Positions 19,966 through 29,494 of a stretch of 64,000 nt of DNA are shown here, in pieces. Below the pieces are notes generated by a model, which made no database searches, was not told where the DNA came from, and was given only the letters and a program-made list of their open reading frames with translations. The stretch lies in contig OZ244922.1 of the NCBI GenBank assembly GCA_965221905.1, forward strand, positions 2,976,001 to 3,040,000. Direction: 5' to 3'. The stretch comes from Chloroflexota bacterium (lineage in GTDB: Bacteria; Chloroflexota; UBA11872; VXOZ01). Each line of letters opens with the position of its first letter. Position 1 is the stretch's first letter. The translations under genes and the position numbers were made by a program.

Positions 19966-20316
19966 CCTCCACTGCATCCGTGCCAATCGCGACGTAGCAA
20001 GCGTCAAGAGAAGCCTAAGCACTAGTATGTTATTTTCAACTAGGGACTTTCTTACCCCACGGAGCTGACACTTTAGGAGATTCCCCAATGTTGCGAGCAG
20101 CATTTCTCGCAACATTTCTCGTTAACCGACCCAAGCACGGCTCAGGCAGATCGCACCTGCGGCACCCGTTCCGCCGGCCTGGAAGTAGTGTGCCTTCAAC
20201 AGTTCAGGCGCGGGTATTCTGACAGATGAACGAGCATGGAAATCTCTCAACTTCCCCGCTCGTGTTCTATGCTTCTGAGCTTGTCGTTCTTTGCTACCTG
20301 GGCTGTATAGACAACG

Positions 20317-20345
20317 TTGACACCTAGCAGCAGCTTATCTATGCT
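20317..20345 (+). promoter_or_regulatory. Sigma70-type promoter of first solute-binding gene
   Basis: TTGACA-17bp-TATGCT. Confidence 0.7.
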
Positions 20346-20392
20346 TTATGCAGGTTCTTGACTTCCAGAGTACGGATAGGAGTGGAGTAACT

Positions 20393-21790
20393 ATGGATAT
20401 GAGTAGGTCTAGTCGTCTATTTTCGCGGCGGCGAATCCTTGCTGGAGGCGCGGCATCGGGAGCATTCTTGTTGCTCGCTGCGTGCGGTGGGACAGCGACC
20501 ACCGAGGCAATGCCCAAGGAGGAGATGAAGGAGGCTGAAGCGCCGAAGGCAGAGGCCAAGCAGCCCGAGATGGAGAAGATCTCGCTCGCTTTCCGCGATT
20601 GGCGACCAGTCGGCCAAACCCCAACCACTTGGGACCAATGGTTCATCTGGGCGAGTGAGACTTTCCGCGAAGCGAATCCGCAGGTAGAAAATATCGAATA
20701 CACGCGCGTGCCGTTTGGCGAAAACGTTGCGAAACTCACTACGGAGTCCGCTGCGCGCGTCACGCCCGACGTCATGCACAGCTCGATCATTTGGGCACGC
20801 GACCTCTGGGACAACGGCTTGCTGACTGACCTCAGCGCTCATATTGCCACAGCGCCGGACGTTGCCGAAGACCAGTTCATGCCCAGTGCTAACCCCTACC
20901 GGATTGCGCAAGGTAAGATCTTCGGCCTTTCCTTCTGGGGGCCGGACTCCTATGTGCTCGTGATCAACCAGGACCACTTCATCGAAGCAGGGCTCGATCC
21001 TCAAGGCGCAGACTTAGCCACATGGGACGGGCTGTCTGCAGCCACCGAGAAACTCTCTAAGAAAGATTCCGCCGGCATATACTCCCGTCTGGGCTACCCG
21101 TATGACGTGCCGGGCTTCGAGGCATTTGCCTCCTGGCTCTACGCCAACGGCGGGGACATGCACAATGAAGAGCTGAGTGAAGCGGTCTTCGATTCACCTA
21201 AGGCGCTTGAGTTGGCAGACCACCGCCAGAAGCAATTCATACGATACCGCGACCGGGGCGGGGACTATCCTTCGGGCAGGGCGGCACTCCAAGAAGGACG
21301 CGGGTCCGCGGTGCCGTGGGGTACGTGGGCGGCCTACTACATCCGCGATGAGTTTGAAGAAGGCTTCAACTTCTGGTTTGCGCCGCCACCCCAAGGTCCC
21401 AGCAGTCAGGGCGAGGCCAGTGGCACCAGTTGGATCAACATGATTGTCGTGCCCGACGGCTCGGCGCAGCCTGACATGGCGTTCGAGTTGAACCGATTTA
21501 TCTGCGGCCTCGAGGCCCAGATCCAGAAGCTGCTGCTCGTCAAGCAGGTTTCACCGCGGCTCGATTTCTACAACTCGTCAGAGTGGGCCACTGCGGTTGA
21601 AGACTTCCCAGTGATCAACGTTACGCCTGAAGTTGGGGCAAGAGGCAAGACCTACCCCTTCTACCGTCGCTATTCGGCATCTGCGCCGCACTACAAAATT
21701 GTGTCTGATGCCATCGGCGGAGAGAGCGAACTTGATCTCAAGGGCGCGCTTACCGAAGCCGCCAGGCTCATTACCCAGGAGCTTGAGTAA
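20393..21790 (+). CDS. ABC extracellular solute-binding lipoprotein (sugar-type), Tat signal
   Basis: FSRRRIL Tat motif, LAAC lipobox, family-1 SBP-like body. Confidence 0.85.
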   Translation: MDMSRSSRLFSRRRILAGGAASGAFLLLAACGGTATTEAMPKEEMKEAEAPKAEAKQPEMEKISLAFRDWRPVGQTPTTWDQWFIWASETFREANPQVENIEYTRVPFGENVAKLTTESAARVTPDVMHSSIIWARDLWDNGLLTDLSAHIATAPDVAEDQFMPSANPYRIAQGKIFGLSFWGPDSYVLVINQDHFIEAGLDPQGADLATWDGLSAATEKLSKKDSAGIYSRLGYPYDVPGFEAFASWLYANGGDMHNEELSEAVFDSPKALELADHRQKQFIRYRDRGGDYPSGRAALQEGRGSAVPWGTWAAYYIRDEFEEGFNFWFAPPPQGPSSQGEASGTSWINMIVVPDGSAQPDMAFELNRFICGLEAQIQKLLLVKQVSPRLDFYNSSEWATAVEDFPVINVTPEVGARGKTYPFYRRYSASAPHYKIVSDAIGGESELDLKGALTEAARLITQELE

Positions 21791-21844
21791 ATCCGCTGAA
21801 TTCCCGCTTGCGCGGGAACGTTAGCAAGTCATTGACAGAGCATA

Positions 21845-21880
21845 CAGGAGAGGGACGGCTTCCCGGTTGTTCCTCTCCTG
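21845..21880 (+). terminator. Hairpin after first solute-binding gene
   Basis: CAGGAGAGGGACGGC / GTTGTTCCTCTCCTG stem. Confidence 0.5.
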
Positions 21881-21906
21881 CATTCGTTCGCCTACGGTCT
21901 TTGTCG

Positions 21907-21935
21907 TTGACACGTCATTGCAGTTTCTCTATCCT
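21907..21935 (+). promoter_or_regulatory. Sigma70-type promoter of second solute-binding gene
   Basis: TTGACA-17bp-TATCCT, homologous to 20317-20345. Confidence 0.68.
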
Positions 21936-21982
21936 TTAGCCAGACTCTCGCTACCATAGCATTGAAAGGAAAGGTGGCAGCT

Positions 21983-23386
21983 ATGGACACCAATGAGATG
22001 AAGCGTGTGTTCTCACGGCGGCGCTTTCTTGCTGGCGGCGCGGCAAGCGGCGGGTTCTTGCTGCTCGCAGCCTGCGGTGGGGCGGGGACCGACGAGGCAA
22101 TGCCGAAAGAGGAGATGAAGGAGCCGGAACAGGCGAAAGAGGCGGCTGCTAAGCCCGAAGCGGAGCCAATCACCGTCGTCTTCCGCGACTGGCGCGAGCC
22201 GGGACGTACTCTCACTACGTGGGAAACCTGGTTCAACTGGTCCGCTGACACATTCCGTGAAATGAACCCGCAAGTAGAGGCGATCGAGTACACATTCGTG
22301 CCTTTCGGCGCCGAGTACTTGCAGAAGCTCACCACGGAAGCTGCTGCGCGCGTCGCGCCCGACGTGGTGCACAGTTCCATCATCTGGGGCCGCGACCTGT
22401 GGGACAATGGCATTTTGGCGGACCTCAGCGCGCATATTGCCACAGCTCCGGACGTTGGGGCCGATCAATTCATGCCCAGCGCCAACCCCTATCGCACAGC
22501 AGAGGGCAAGGTCTTCGGCATCTCCTTCTGGGGTCCGGACTCCTATGTGATGGTGATCAACCAGGACCACTATGTGGATGCCGGTCTCGATCCCGAAGGC
22601 GGCGACCAATTGACCTGGGAGGACTTGGCCGCATCCACGGAGAGACTCTCCAAGAAAGACTCATCCGGCAACTACGAGCGCCTTGGCTTTACGTACCACA
22701 TCCCCGGCATGCCTGAGTTTGCCGCCTGGCTCTACGCCAACGGCGGCGAAATGCACAACGCCGAACTCACAGATGCCATCTTCGACACGGCCCAAGCGCT
22801 GGAAGTGGCGGAACACCGCGCCATTCAGTACGTGCGCTACAAGGACCGCGTTGAAGGCTATCCAGGCAACTTAGATAGCTTGCGGCAAGGTCTCGGGTCC
22901 GGCATTTCTTGGGGTACCTGGGCTGCTTACTACGTTCGGGATGAATTTCCGGAAGACTTCAAATTCTGGATGGTGCCGATGCCGAAGGGGCCAAGCACAG
23001 ATGGCGAAACGAGCGGCGCAACGTGGATCAACATGATGGTCGTGCCCGACGGCGCGCAGCAGCCGGACATGGCGTTTGAGTACAGCCGGTTCATCTGCGG
23101 CCTGGAGGCGCAGGTGCAGAAGCTGGTCCTGGTCAAGCAGGTCTCGCCGCGGCTTGACTTCTACGGCACGCCCGAATGGGCGCAAGCGGTGGAAGAACTG
23201 CCGCAGCTTGCGGCCGTACCCGCAATCGGCGCAGCCGGCAAGCCCTATCCGTTCTTTAGGCGCTACACGGCAGCAAATGCCCACTTCCCAATTGTGCAGG
23301 ATGCCATGAGCGGTGAGAGCGATCTCGACTTGCGGGGCGCCATCGCAGAAGCCGTGAAACTCATTGCCCAAGAGCTGGAGTCTTAG
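21983..23386 (+). CDS. ABC extracellular solute-binding lipoprotein, close paralog of the preceding gene
   Basis: FSRRRFL, LAAC; long shared blocks (HSSIIW.RDLWDNG, SFWGPDSYV, KQVSPRLDFY). Confidence 0.85.
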   Translation: MDTNEMKRVFSRRRFLAGGAASGGFLLLAACGGAGTDEAMPKEEMKEPEQAKEAAAKPEAEPITVVFRDWREPGRTLTTWETWFNWSADTFREMNPQVEAIEYTFVPFGAEYLQKLTTEAAARVAPDVVHSSIIWGRDLWDNGILADLSAHIATAPDVGADQFMPSANPYRTAEGKVFGISFWGPDSYVMVINQDHYVDAGLDPEGGDQLTWEDLAASTERLSKKDSSGNYERLGFTYHIPGMPEFAAWLYANGGEMHNAELTDAIFDTAQALEVAEHRAIQYVRYKDRVEGYPGNLDSLRQGLGSGISWGTWAAYYVRDEFPEDFKFWMVPMPKGPSTDGETSGATWINMMVVPDGAQQPDMAFEYSRFICGLEAQVQKLVLVKQVSPRLDFYGTPEWAQAVEELPQLAAVPAIGAAGKPYPFFRRYTAANAHFPIVQDAMSGESDLDLRGAIAEAVKLIAQELES

Positions 23387-23505
23387 GGCTGGATTTCCGC
23401 TTGCGCGGGAGTGACGAAGCAGGTCTTGTATCGCCTTAGACTGGGCGGTGTAACGCCGGCAATCGGGCCCTACGTCGCCCGTAAATGGGCGTTGTATTGG
23501 CTACG

Positions 23506-23537
23506 ACTGGAGAGACGGCCTAGGCCGTCTCTCCAGT
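23506..23537 (+). terminator. Perfect 32-bp palindrome followed by a T-rich tract
   Basis: ACTGGAGAGACGGCCTAGGCCGTCTCTCCAGT then TTGTCTTT. Confidence 0.6.
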
Positions 23538-23778
23538 TTGTCTTTGACCGTCGCGCGAATATATCGCATAATGCTGTTCAATGTCCTAACGAGTGTCCGC
23601 CCATTCACCCAGCCAAGAACGAGCAGCGGTCAGGGCAGAATTGGCTCAGCATGAACGGCTTTTCCCGCTAGTAGCTCGCATTGAGTTTCCGTTCACACTG
23701 AGCCTGTCGAAGGGTACGTGTTTTCGGGCATCGCGCGTGAGAAGAGTTCAATCCACGCCGTAAACAGGGGGCGCAACC

Positions 23779-24612
23779 ATGTCGTTCAAACTCGCTGTAG
23801 CGCAGATGGATTGCGTACTCGGCGACGTGGCCGCCAACCTAGAACGGATGGATAGTCTCGTCGGCGCTGCCGCAGCGCAAGGCGCAACGGTGGCGGTGCT
23901 CCCTGAACTCGCTACCACCGGGTATTTCGTCGGCGACCGCATCGATACGCTGGCAGAATCCATCCCCGGCCCGACAACGGATGCGCTGGGGCAGATTGCC
24001 CGTCGCCACCAGTGCTACGTCGTGGCCGGTATGATCGAACGCGATGGCGACCGGTACTACAATAGCGCCGCGCTGCTTGCTCCTGACGGCAGCCTGCACG
24101 GCGCCTACCGTAAAATCCACCTCTTCTCGGCTGAACGCACGGTATTCACCCCCGGCACGGAACCGGCTCTCTTCGACATTGACGGAACCCGCGTGGCGCT
24201 GACGATTTGCTACGACCTCATATTCCCTGAGTACATTCGCCGTCTCGTCCTCGAGGGCGCTCAGGTTATCCTGAATAGCACCGACTGGATCACCAATGAC
24301 TGGCAGCGCAGCCTGGGCTGGGGCGGTCCGGTGGTTGCCGGTCTCGTGGCGACACGCGCTTTAGAAAACACCGTGCACGTTGCAATGGCGGACCGCGCTG
24401 GCGTAGAGGAAGGCTGGAAGAGTCTGGGGCACTCGTGCATCGCCGCGCCTTCCGGTGCGCATCTCGCTAAAATAGACGATGGCGAAGGTGTAGCGGTGGC
24501 TGCGATTGAGCTCGACCATGCCGATTGGGAACAGTGGCGCACCGTAGCAACGTACTTGGACGACCGCCAACCAGAACTCTATATTCCCAGTGACACGTGC
24601 TCGCAGGAGTAG
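23779..24612 (+). CDS. Carbon-nitrogen hydrolase (nitrilase superfamily)
   Basis: Catalytic triad motifs LPELA, YRKIHL, ICYDL. Confidence 0.92.
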   Translation: MSFKLAVAQMDCVLGDVAANLERMDSLVGAAAAQGATVAVLPELATTGYFVGDRIDTLAESIPGPTTDALGQIARRHQCYVVAGMIERDGDRYYNSAALLAPDGSLHGAYRKIHLFSAERTVFTPGTEPALFDIDGTRVALTICYDLIFPEYIRRLVLEGAQVILNSTDWITNDWQRSLGWGGPVVAGLVATRALENTVHVAMADRAGVEEGWKSLGHSCIAAPSGAHLAKIDDGEGVAVAAIELDHADWEQWRTVATYLDDRQPELYIPSDTCSQE

Positions 24613-24947
24613 CGCGGGGCCTTGTGCCCCGCCAGTATCGAAAATGGCGTGTACGTCCTGTTGCAGCCCTTTAGCTCCTGCTAGTTCCATTCACCCTTCG
24701 ACAAGCTCAGAGCCTGCCCCGTACCCGATACAGCGTATCGACACGATACGGGGGCGAACGGTTTATTGAGTCGGTCATTTGTCTCGTGGTGCCTCTCTCC
24801 GCTAATGTCTCGACAAGAGCTTGGCAAAACTTCGCAGTGCGAATGGTGAAAGGCATGCCTTTTGCTTTCGTGTAGCGCACTTGGTAATTTGGGTGTGTGC
24901 TACGAGCCCGCACTTGCGTCAAAGCCCATCTAACGAAAGGCTAAGCC

Positions 24948-26912
24948 GTGGATATCCGTACGTACCTCTCTGAAGAAGCCCGTCGTATGCAGGCGGAGTC
25001 GCTGCACACCTTGCCCGCGCCTGCCGACTGGCCGCAAGCGCGCAAGGAGTGGCTCGCACAATACTACGCGATGATGGGCGTAACCAGCCACATGGCTCTC
25101 ACAGAGCGACCTCCACTGAATGTGCAGGTCACAAAAGAGACTCAGCGAGACGGCTACCGCATCCTAAATCTCTATTACGAGAGCTTGCCCGGGCTCTACG
25201 TCACCGGCAACCTCTACCTGCCCACGAATACAGAGAATCCCGTGCCGGGCGTGCTCTATGTCTGCGGTCACGCGCAAAAGCAGAAGGAACACTATCAGGC
25301 CCATCCCCGCAAATTCGCCCAAATCGGCATGGCCTGTTTGCTCGTCGAGACCATCCAGCTTGGTGAAATCGAGGGGCACCATCACGGCACGTGCCATCGC
25401 GGCTGGTTCAACTGGTTCAGCCAAGGCTACACGCCCGCGGGTGTGGAGCTCTGGAACGGCGTGCGCGGTCTCGACCTGCTGGCGTCGTTGCCGGAAGTGG
25501 ACGGCACACGCCTGGGGGTCACCGGCATTTCCGGGGGCGGCGCGGTGAGTTGGTGGGTTGCCGCTGCCGACGAACGCGTGAAGGTGGTAGCGCCGGTTTG
25601 CGGTACCGCCACGTTCGCTTCCCATGTGCGCGAGCGCACCGTGGACGGCCACTGCGACTGCATGTTCCCCGTAAACGTTCACCGCTGGGAGCTGGCCGAT
25701 GTGGCCCGGTTGATTGCGCCGCGCCCCATGCTCATCGGTTCCGCCAATCGCGACGGCATCTTTCACATCCGGTCCATCCGCGAGTCGTTTGCGGGAATCA
25801 AGAAAGTCTACGATCACTTGGGCGCAGGCGAGAACACCCTACTTATTGAAACGCCGGGCGGACACTCCTATCACGCCAACTCACGGCGCGGCATCTTCTC
25901 CTGGTTCCTCCGCCACCTGGAACAAAAGGAGGTTGCGCCCGAGGCCGTAGGGGATATTGACGATAGCCCCGCAGTGCAGGAGAACGCAGCTACGCTCCGC
26001 GTCTATCAGAACGGCGTGCCCACGTCCGAGCGGGTCACGACCATTCACGAGGACTTCTTCACGCTGCCGGAACTCCCCAGCATTGCGAACGCAAACGAAT
26101 TGGCAGCCGTCCGCGACAAGGCTCGCGCCGCGCTTGCCGAGACATCGTTCGGACATTTCCCAAGTGCGCCAAGCGCTCTAGACGCGGAGGTTGAATACGA
26201 GATCGGCCGCGGCGACGCGGTCGCAGGCGGTAGGTTTGCCTTCACGTCGGAAGGCGGCTGGCGGCTGCACGGGTCTTGGACTCTGCCGGAATCAGATTCC
26301 GATGCGCCGGTCGTCGTCGCGCTGCGCTCGCCCCATGAGCGGCGCCGCACCACTGAAGACTGGCTGCAGGGCCTCGATAGTTCTTGGGCACGGGTGGTGG
26401 CTGAGCCACGCGGCACCGGCGACAATGCCTGGGGCACCGAGCTCGATTGGCACGTGCGCCGCGCCGCCATGCTCACCGGCCGCACCATCGCTTCCATTCA
26501 GGTCTACGACACGCTGCGCGCCCTGGAAGCCATTGCGCATCTGCCCGGAGTCGATAGCTCGCGGGTAGCCTTGGCCGGACGCCGCCAAATGGCGGTGGTA
26601 GCGCTCTACGCGGCGCTGCTCCACGCGGCGCGTCAGCGCCGCAGCAATTTGGAAGCGCTTATTCTGAGCGATCTGCCGGAGTCACTCAGCGCGCACTCCA
26701 ATCCTGACGGCACCGGCATCGCCAGTGAGATTCTCTTCGCGCTCCAGCACGCCGACCTGCCCCAAGCCGCCGGTCTGCTCTGGCCAACGGAACTGGTCTT
26801 CCTAGGCCCCCGCCCCGGCACTTACGGCTGGACCGAAGATCTCTACGCCCGCCTCGGCTCGCCTGGCGCAATACGGCACGTCATGAATCTTGGGCAGTGG
26901 CAAGCGACATGA
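24948..26912 (+). CDS. Alpha/beta hydrolase (acetylxylan esterase-like, two-domain)
   Basis: YESLPGLYVTGNLYLP, CGH, GVTGISGGG nucleophile elbow, HCDC. Confidence 0.8.
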   Translation: MDIRTYLSEEARRMQAESLHTLPAPADWPQARKEWLAQYYAMMGVTSHMALTERPPLNVQVTKETQRDGYRILNLYYESLPGLYVTGNLYLPTNTENPVPGVLYVCGHAQKQKEHYQAHPRKFAQIGMACLLVETIQLGEIEGHHHGTCHRGWFNWFSQGYTPAGVELWNGVRGLDLLASLPEVDGTRLGVTGISGGGAVSWWVAAADERVKVVAPVCGTATFASHVRERTVDGHCDCMFPVNVHRWELADVARLIAPRPMLIGSANRDGIFHIRSIRESFAGIKKVYDHLGAGENTLLIETPGGHSYHANSRRGIFSWFLRHLEQKEVAPEAVGDIDDSPAVQENAATLRVYQNGVPTSERVTTIHEDFFTLPELPSIANANELAAVRDKARAALAETSFGHFPSAPSALDAEVEYEIGRGDAVAGGRFAFTSEGGWRLHGSWTLPESDSDAPVVVALRSPHERRRTTEDWLQGLDSSWARVVAEPRGTGDNAWGTELDWHVRRAAMLTGRTIASIQVYDTLRALEAIAHLPGVDSSRVALAGRRQMAVVALYAALLHAARQRRSNLEALILSDLPESLSAHSNPDGTGIASEILFALQHADLPQAAGLLWPTELVFLGPRPGTYGWTEDLYARLGSPGAIRHVMNLGQWQAT

Positions 26913-27133
26913 AGTGCAGCATCCAGGGCTGTCCTGGAGAGTACGAAGCGAGCAGTATTATGCATACCGTGCGGCGCGAGGGGCAAGTGATTGTCATCGA
27001 CCACGTTCCGGCTGACGTCTGCGCAGTATGCGGAGACACGCTGCTGCAACCGGACACAGTACGCAAGATCGAAGCTCTCCTTCAACAAAAACGTCAACCG
27101 GCGAGTAGAGTGCCCTTGTATGAGTTCGCGTGA
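26909..27133 (+). CDS. YgiT/MqsA-type zinc finger protein
   Basis: MKC...C, IVIDHVPADVC..CGD; ATGA overlap with the upstream stop. Confidence 0.82.
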   Translation: MKCSIQGCPGEYEASSIMHTVRREGQVIVIDHVPADVCAVCGDTLLQPDTVRKIEALLQQKRQPASRVPLYEFA

Positions 27134-27348
27134 AAGGCGCACGCGCTCATTATTCTCCCAACGCTGAGCCAACACACGGCGCTGTCGCTCCACCGCAGAG
27201 CGTGCAATTCGGAAAAGCGCCTAGACAGAGTACTTGGATGACAGTCTGCTAAAGTGTTTCACGGGCTAGCGTTGTCCTGTCCCGTATTTCTCATCTTTCT
27301 GTGTCTTCTCCAGCAAGTCCTGTTGCCCTTGCCAACACTGAACCCGCG

Positions 27349-28842
27349 TTATCTCTTTAGACGCTCCTCCGGCACCACGTGGCCCTCCTCTTGAGGCCAC
27401 TGCCAGACGCCGGGCCGCATGTTTTGCAGTGCGCTCACGACCGTTTGCGGGCCTTCTTGGGCAACCTTTTTCAAGGGATCGGGCCAGCCCTGAAGCTGCT
27501 CCTCTTCCCACTGCCAGAGGCGGTATTCTAAGTCGCGCACCGTGTCGGGGTGGTTGTCCGCCGCGTTACACTCTTCGCGGGGATCGTTTGCCAAATCGAA
27601 GAGTTGGGTCAGGGGCCAGTTGAGCAGACCGCCGTGGTAACTCTTAATGAGCTTCCAGTCCCGCCCGTCCGGCGCGCCTATCGTGCGGATTGCCCGCTGC
27701 GCCGACCATAGGCCGTGCTCTAGATACACATGGTCGCGCCGGGGCATAGGCTCCTGCTCGCCGCGCAGCATGCCCAGGAGAGAGCGGCCCTGCCACCGCG
27801 CAGGCGGCTCCAAGTCGCCAACCGCACACAGCGTGGGGCCAAGGTCCAGCGTATAGCTTGCCGCATCCACCACCGTGCCCGGCTGTACACCGCCTTGCGG
27901 CCAGCGCGCGAGCATCCAGATGTGGGCATCGGTCTCGAACACACCCCAATGGTCGCCGTAGACGCTGTGCTCGCCCTGGTTTTCGCCATGATCGGTGGCG
28001 GCAATGATAAGGGTATCGTCCAGCACACCCGCCGTTTCCAACGCCTCGAGGAGCCGCCCCACGTATTCATCGCAATAGGCAATCTCGGCATCATACATCG
28101 CCATCCAGTAATCAAAGTCTTCCTTGCTCCCAATGCGATGCGAACCGGCGGAGTTCGGCATGTGACCGTAGCGCTCGGCGTCATCCTTGATCCGCTCGTC
28201 AGACGGCCAGTCGGGAGGCGCATTCGCAAGCATCTTGTCCACGTACGCCTGCGGCGCTTTGTACGACTGGTGCGGGTCCCAATAGTGCACGTAGAGGAAG
28301 AAGTCCTCCTGCGCGTGGTCTTGCAGCCAATTTAGCGCATGCGAGGTGATCTCCGGCGCATGCACGTGGCTGTGGGTCCGATGCCACTGCGGACGGTAGT
28401 ACGTCTCCCAACCGGTGCGAAACCAGGGCGCTTGATCGGCAAAGGTAGAGACTGCGGCAGTATGGAAACCGGACTCGGCCAGTTGGATTGCAAGGAATTC
28501 CTGCACCTGCGGCACGCGGCTGCCAACCGGCGGATACGTCGGCCCCGTGTAGCGAGTGTCTTGTTCCCAGGGCTTCGTATCCAATTCACCTTCGGGCCGC
28601 CCGTAGTCGCCAATGGATTGCGCTCGCTCGCCGTGGGTGAGCAAGCCGGTCTTGATGCCCCAGCGACCGGTGAATATGCTCGCGCGCGCAGGCACACAGG
28701 GCGTATCGGCCGCGTACATGTTGGTGAAGCGCGCCCCCTCCCGCGCAAGTCGGTCAAGATTCGGCGTAGTCGGCCGCTCGTAGCCGTAGCAGCCCAAGTG
28801 ATCTCGGCGCAGGGAATCTATGTCGATGTACAGTACTTTCAT
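27349..28842 (-). CDS. Sulfatase
   Basis: IDIDSLRRDHLGCYGY, CVPAR (CxPxR), HYWDPH, YDAEI, DHGE. Confidence 0.93.
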   Translation of the reverse strand: MKVLYIDIDSLRRDHLGCYGYERPTTPNLDRLAREGARFTNMYAADTPCVPARASIFTGRWGIKTGLLTHGERAQSIGDYGRPEGELDTKPWEQDTRYTGPTYPPVGSRVPQVQEFLAIQLAESGFHTAAVSTFADQAPWFRTGWETYYRPQWHRTHSHVHAPEITSHALNWLQDHAQEDFFLYVHYWDPHQSYKAPQAYVDKMLANAPPDWPSDERIKDDAERYGHMPNSAGSHRIGSKEDFDYWMAMYDAEIAYCDEYVGRLLEALETAGVLDDTLIIAATDHGENQGEHSVYGDHWGVFETDAHIWMLARWPQGGVQPGTVVDAASYTLDLGPTLCAVGDLEPPARWQGRSLLGMLRGEQEPMPRRDHVYLEHGLWSAQRAIRTIGAPDGRDWKLIKSYHGGLLNWPLTQLFDLANDPREECNAADNHPDTVRDLEYRLWQWEEEQLQGWPDPLKKVAQEGPQTVVSALQNMRPGVWQWPQEEGHVVPEERLKR

Positions 28843-28898
28843 TTAAGTGGCCCTCTTTGGGAAGCCGTCTAATGCAAACACCTACCTGTGGAGAACTG

Positions 28899-29265
28899 CC
28901 CTTCGACAGGCTCAGGGCAAACGGGAAACGAGCACATGTACCGGGGCTCTGCAAATGCCTCTGTTTACCCTTCGACACGCTCAGGGCGAACGGAATACGA
29001 GCACTTGTACCGGGCTCCGCAGATGCCTCTGTTTACCCTTCGACAGGCTCAGGGCGAACGGAATACGAGCATTTGTACCGGGCTCCGCAGATGCCTCTGT
29101 TTACCCTTCGACAGGCTCAGGGCGAACGGAATACGAGCACTTGTACCGGGCTCTGCAAATGCCTCTGTTTACCCTTCGACAGGCTCAGGGTGAACGGGAA
29201 ACGAGCACATGTACCGAGCTCCGCAGATGCCATTGTTCACCCTTCAACATGCTCAGGGCGAACGG
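28899..29265. repeat. Tandem array of a 68-bp unit (5 full copies plus 1 partial) built on a REP-like core
   Basis: Units start at 28899, 28968, 29036, 29104, 29172, 29240; core CCCTTCGACAGGCTCAGGGCGAACGG. Confidence 0.93.
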
Positions 29266-29410
29266 TAGAGTGAATATTCCAGCTCTGTGAACACTCCTGC
29301 TGCAAAGTAGTAGACGGTTCGTGCCGGCAGTCTTCAATCAACAGGATTTGCAGCGTCGAGCGCCAACTAGAGCTCTGTTTGCTCAATCCCCGTTCGCCTT
29401 CTTTCCCTCT

Positions 29411-29436
29411 GGATTCCGGCTTCCGCCGGAATGACG
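29411..29436. repeat. REP-like palindrome of the GTCATTCC..GGAATCC family
   Basis: GGATTCCGGCTTCCGCCGGAATGACG; relatives at 21798, 23391, 33563, 33605, 38169, 43156, 43307, 43437, 43727, 43851, 48906. Confidence 0.85.
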
Positions 29437-29494
29437 GAAGGCGCGGAGCCCGCACTCCCCATCCCTCGCTCGACGGGAAAGAATACGCCAACTT

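Noticed and set aside
28899-29265. CRISPR array
   Set aside because: The inter-core sequences are near-identical rather than unique spacers, and there are no cas genes
28847-29290. Repetitive ORFs in three frames
   Set aside because: Translations of the 68-bp DNA repeat
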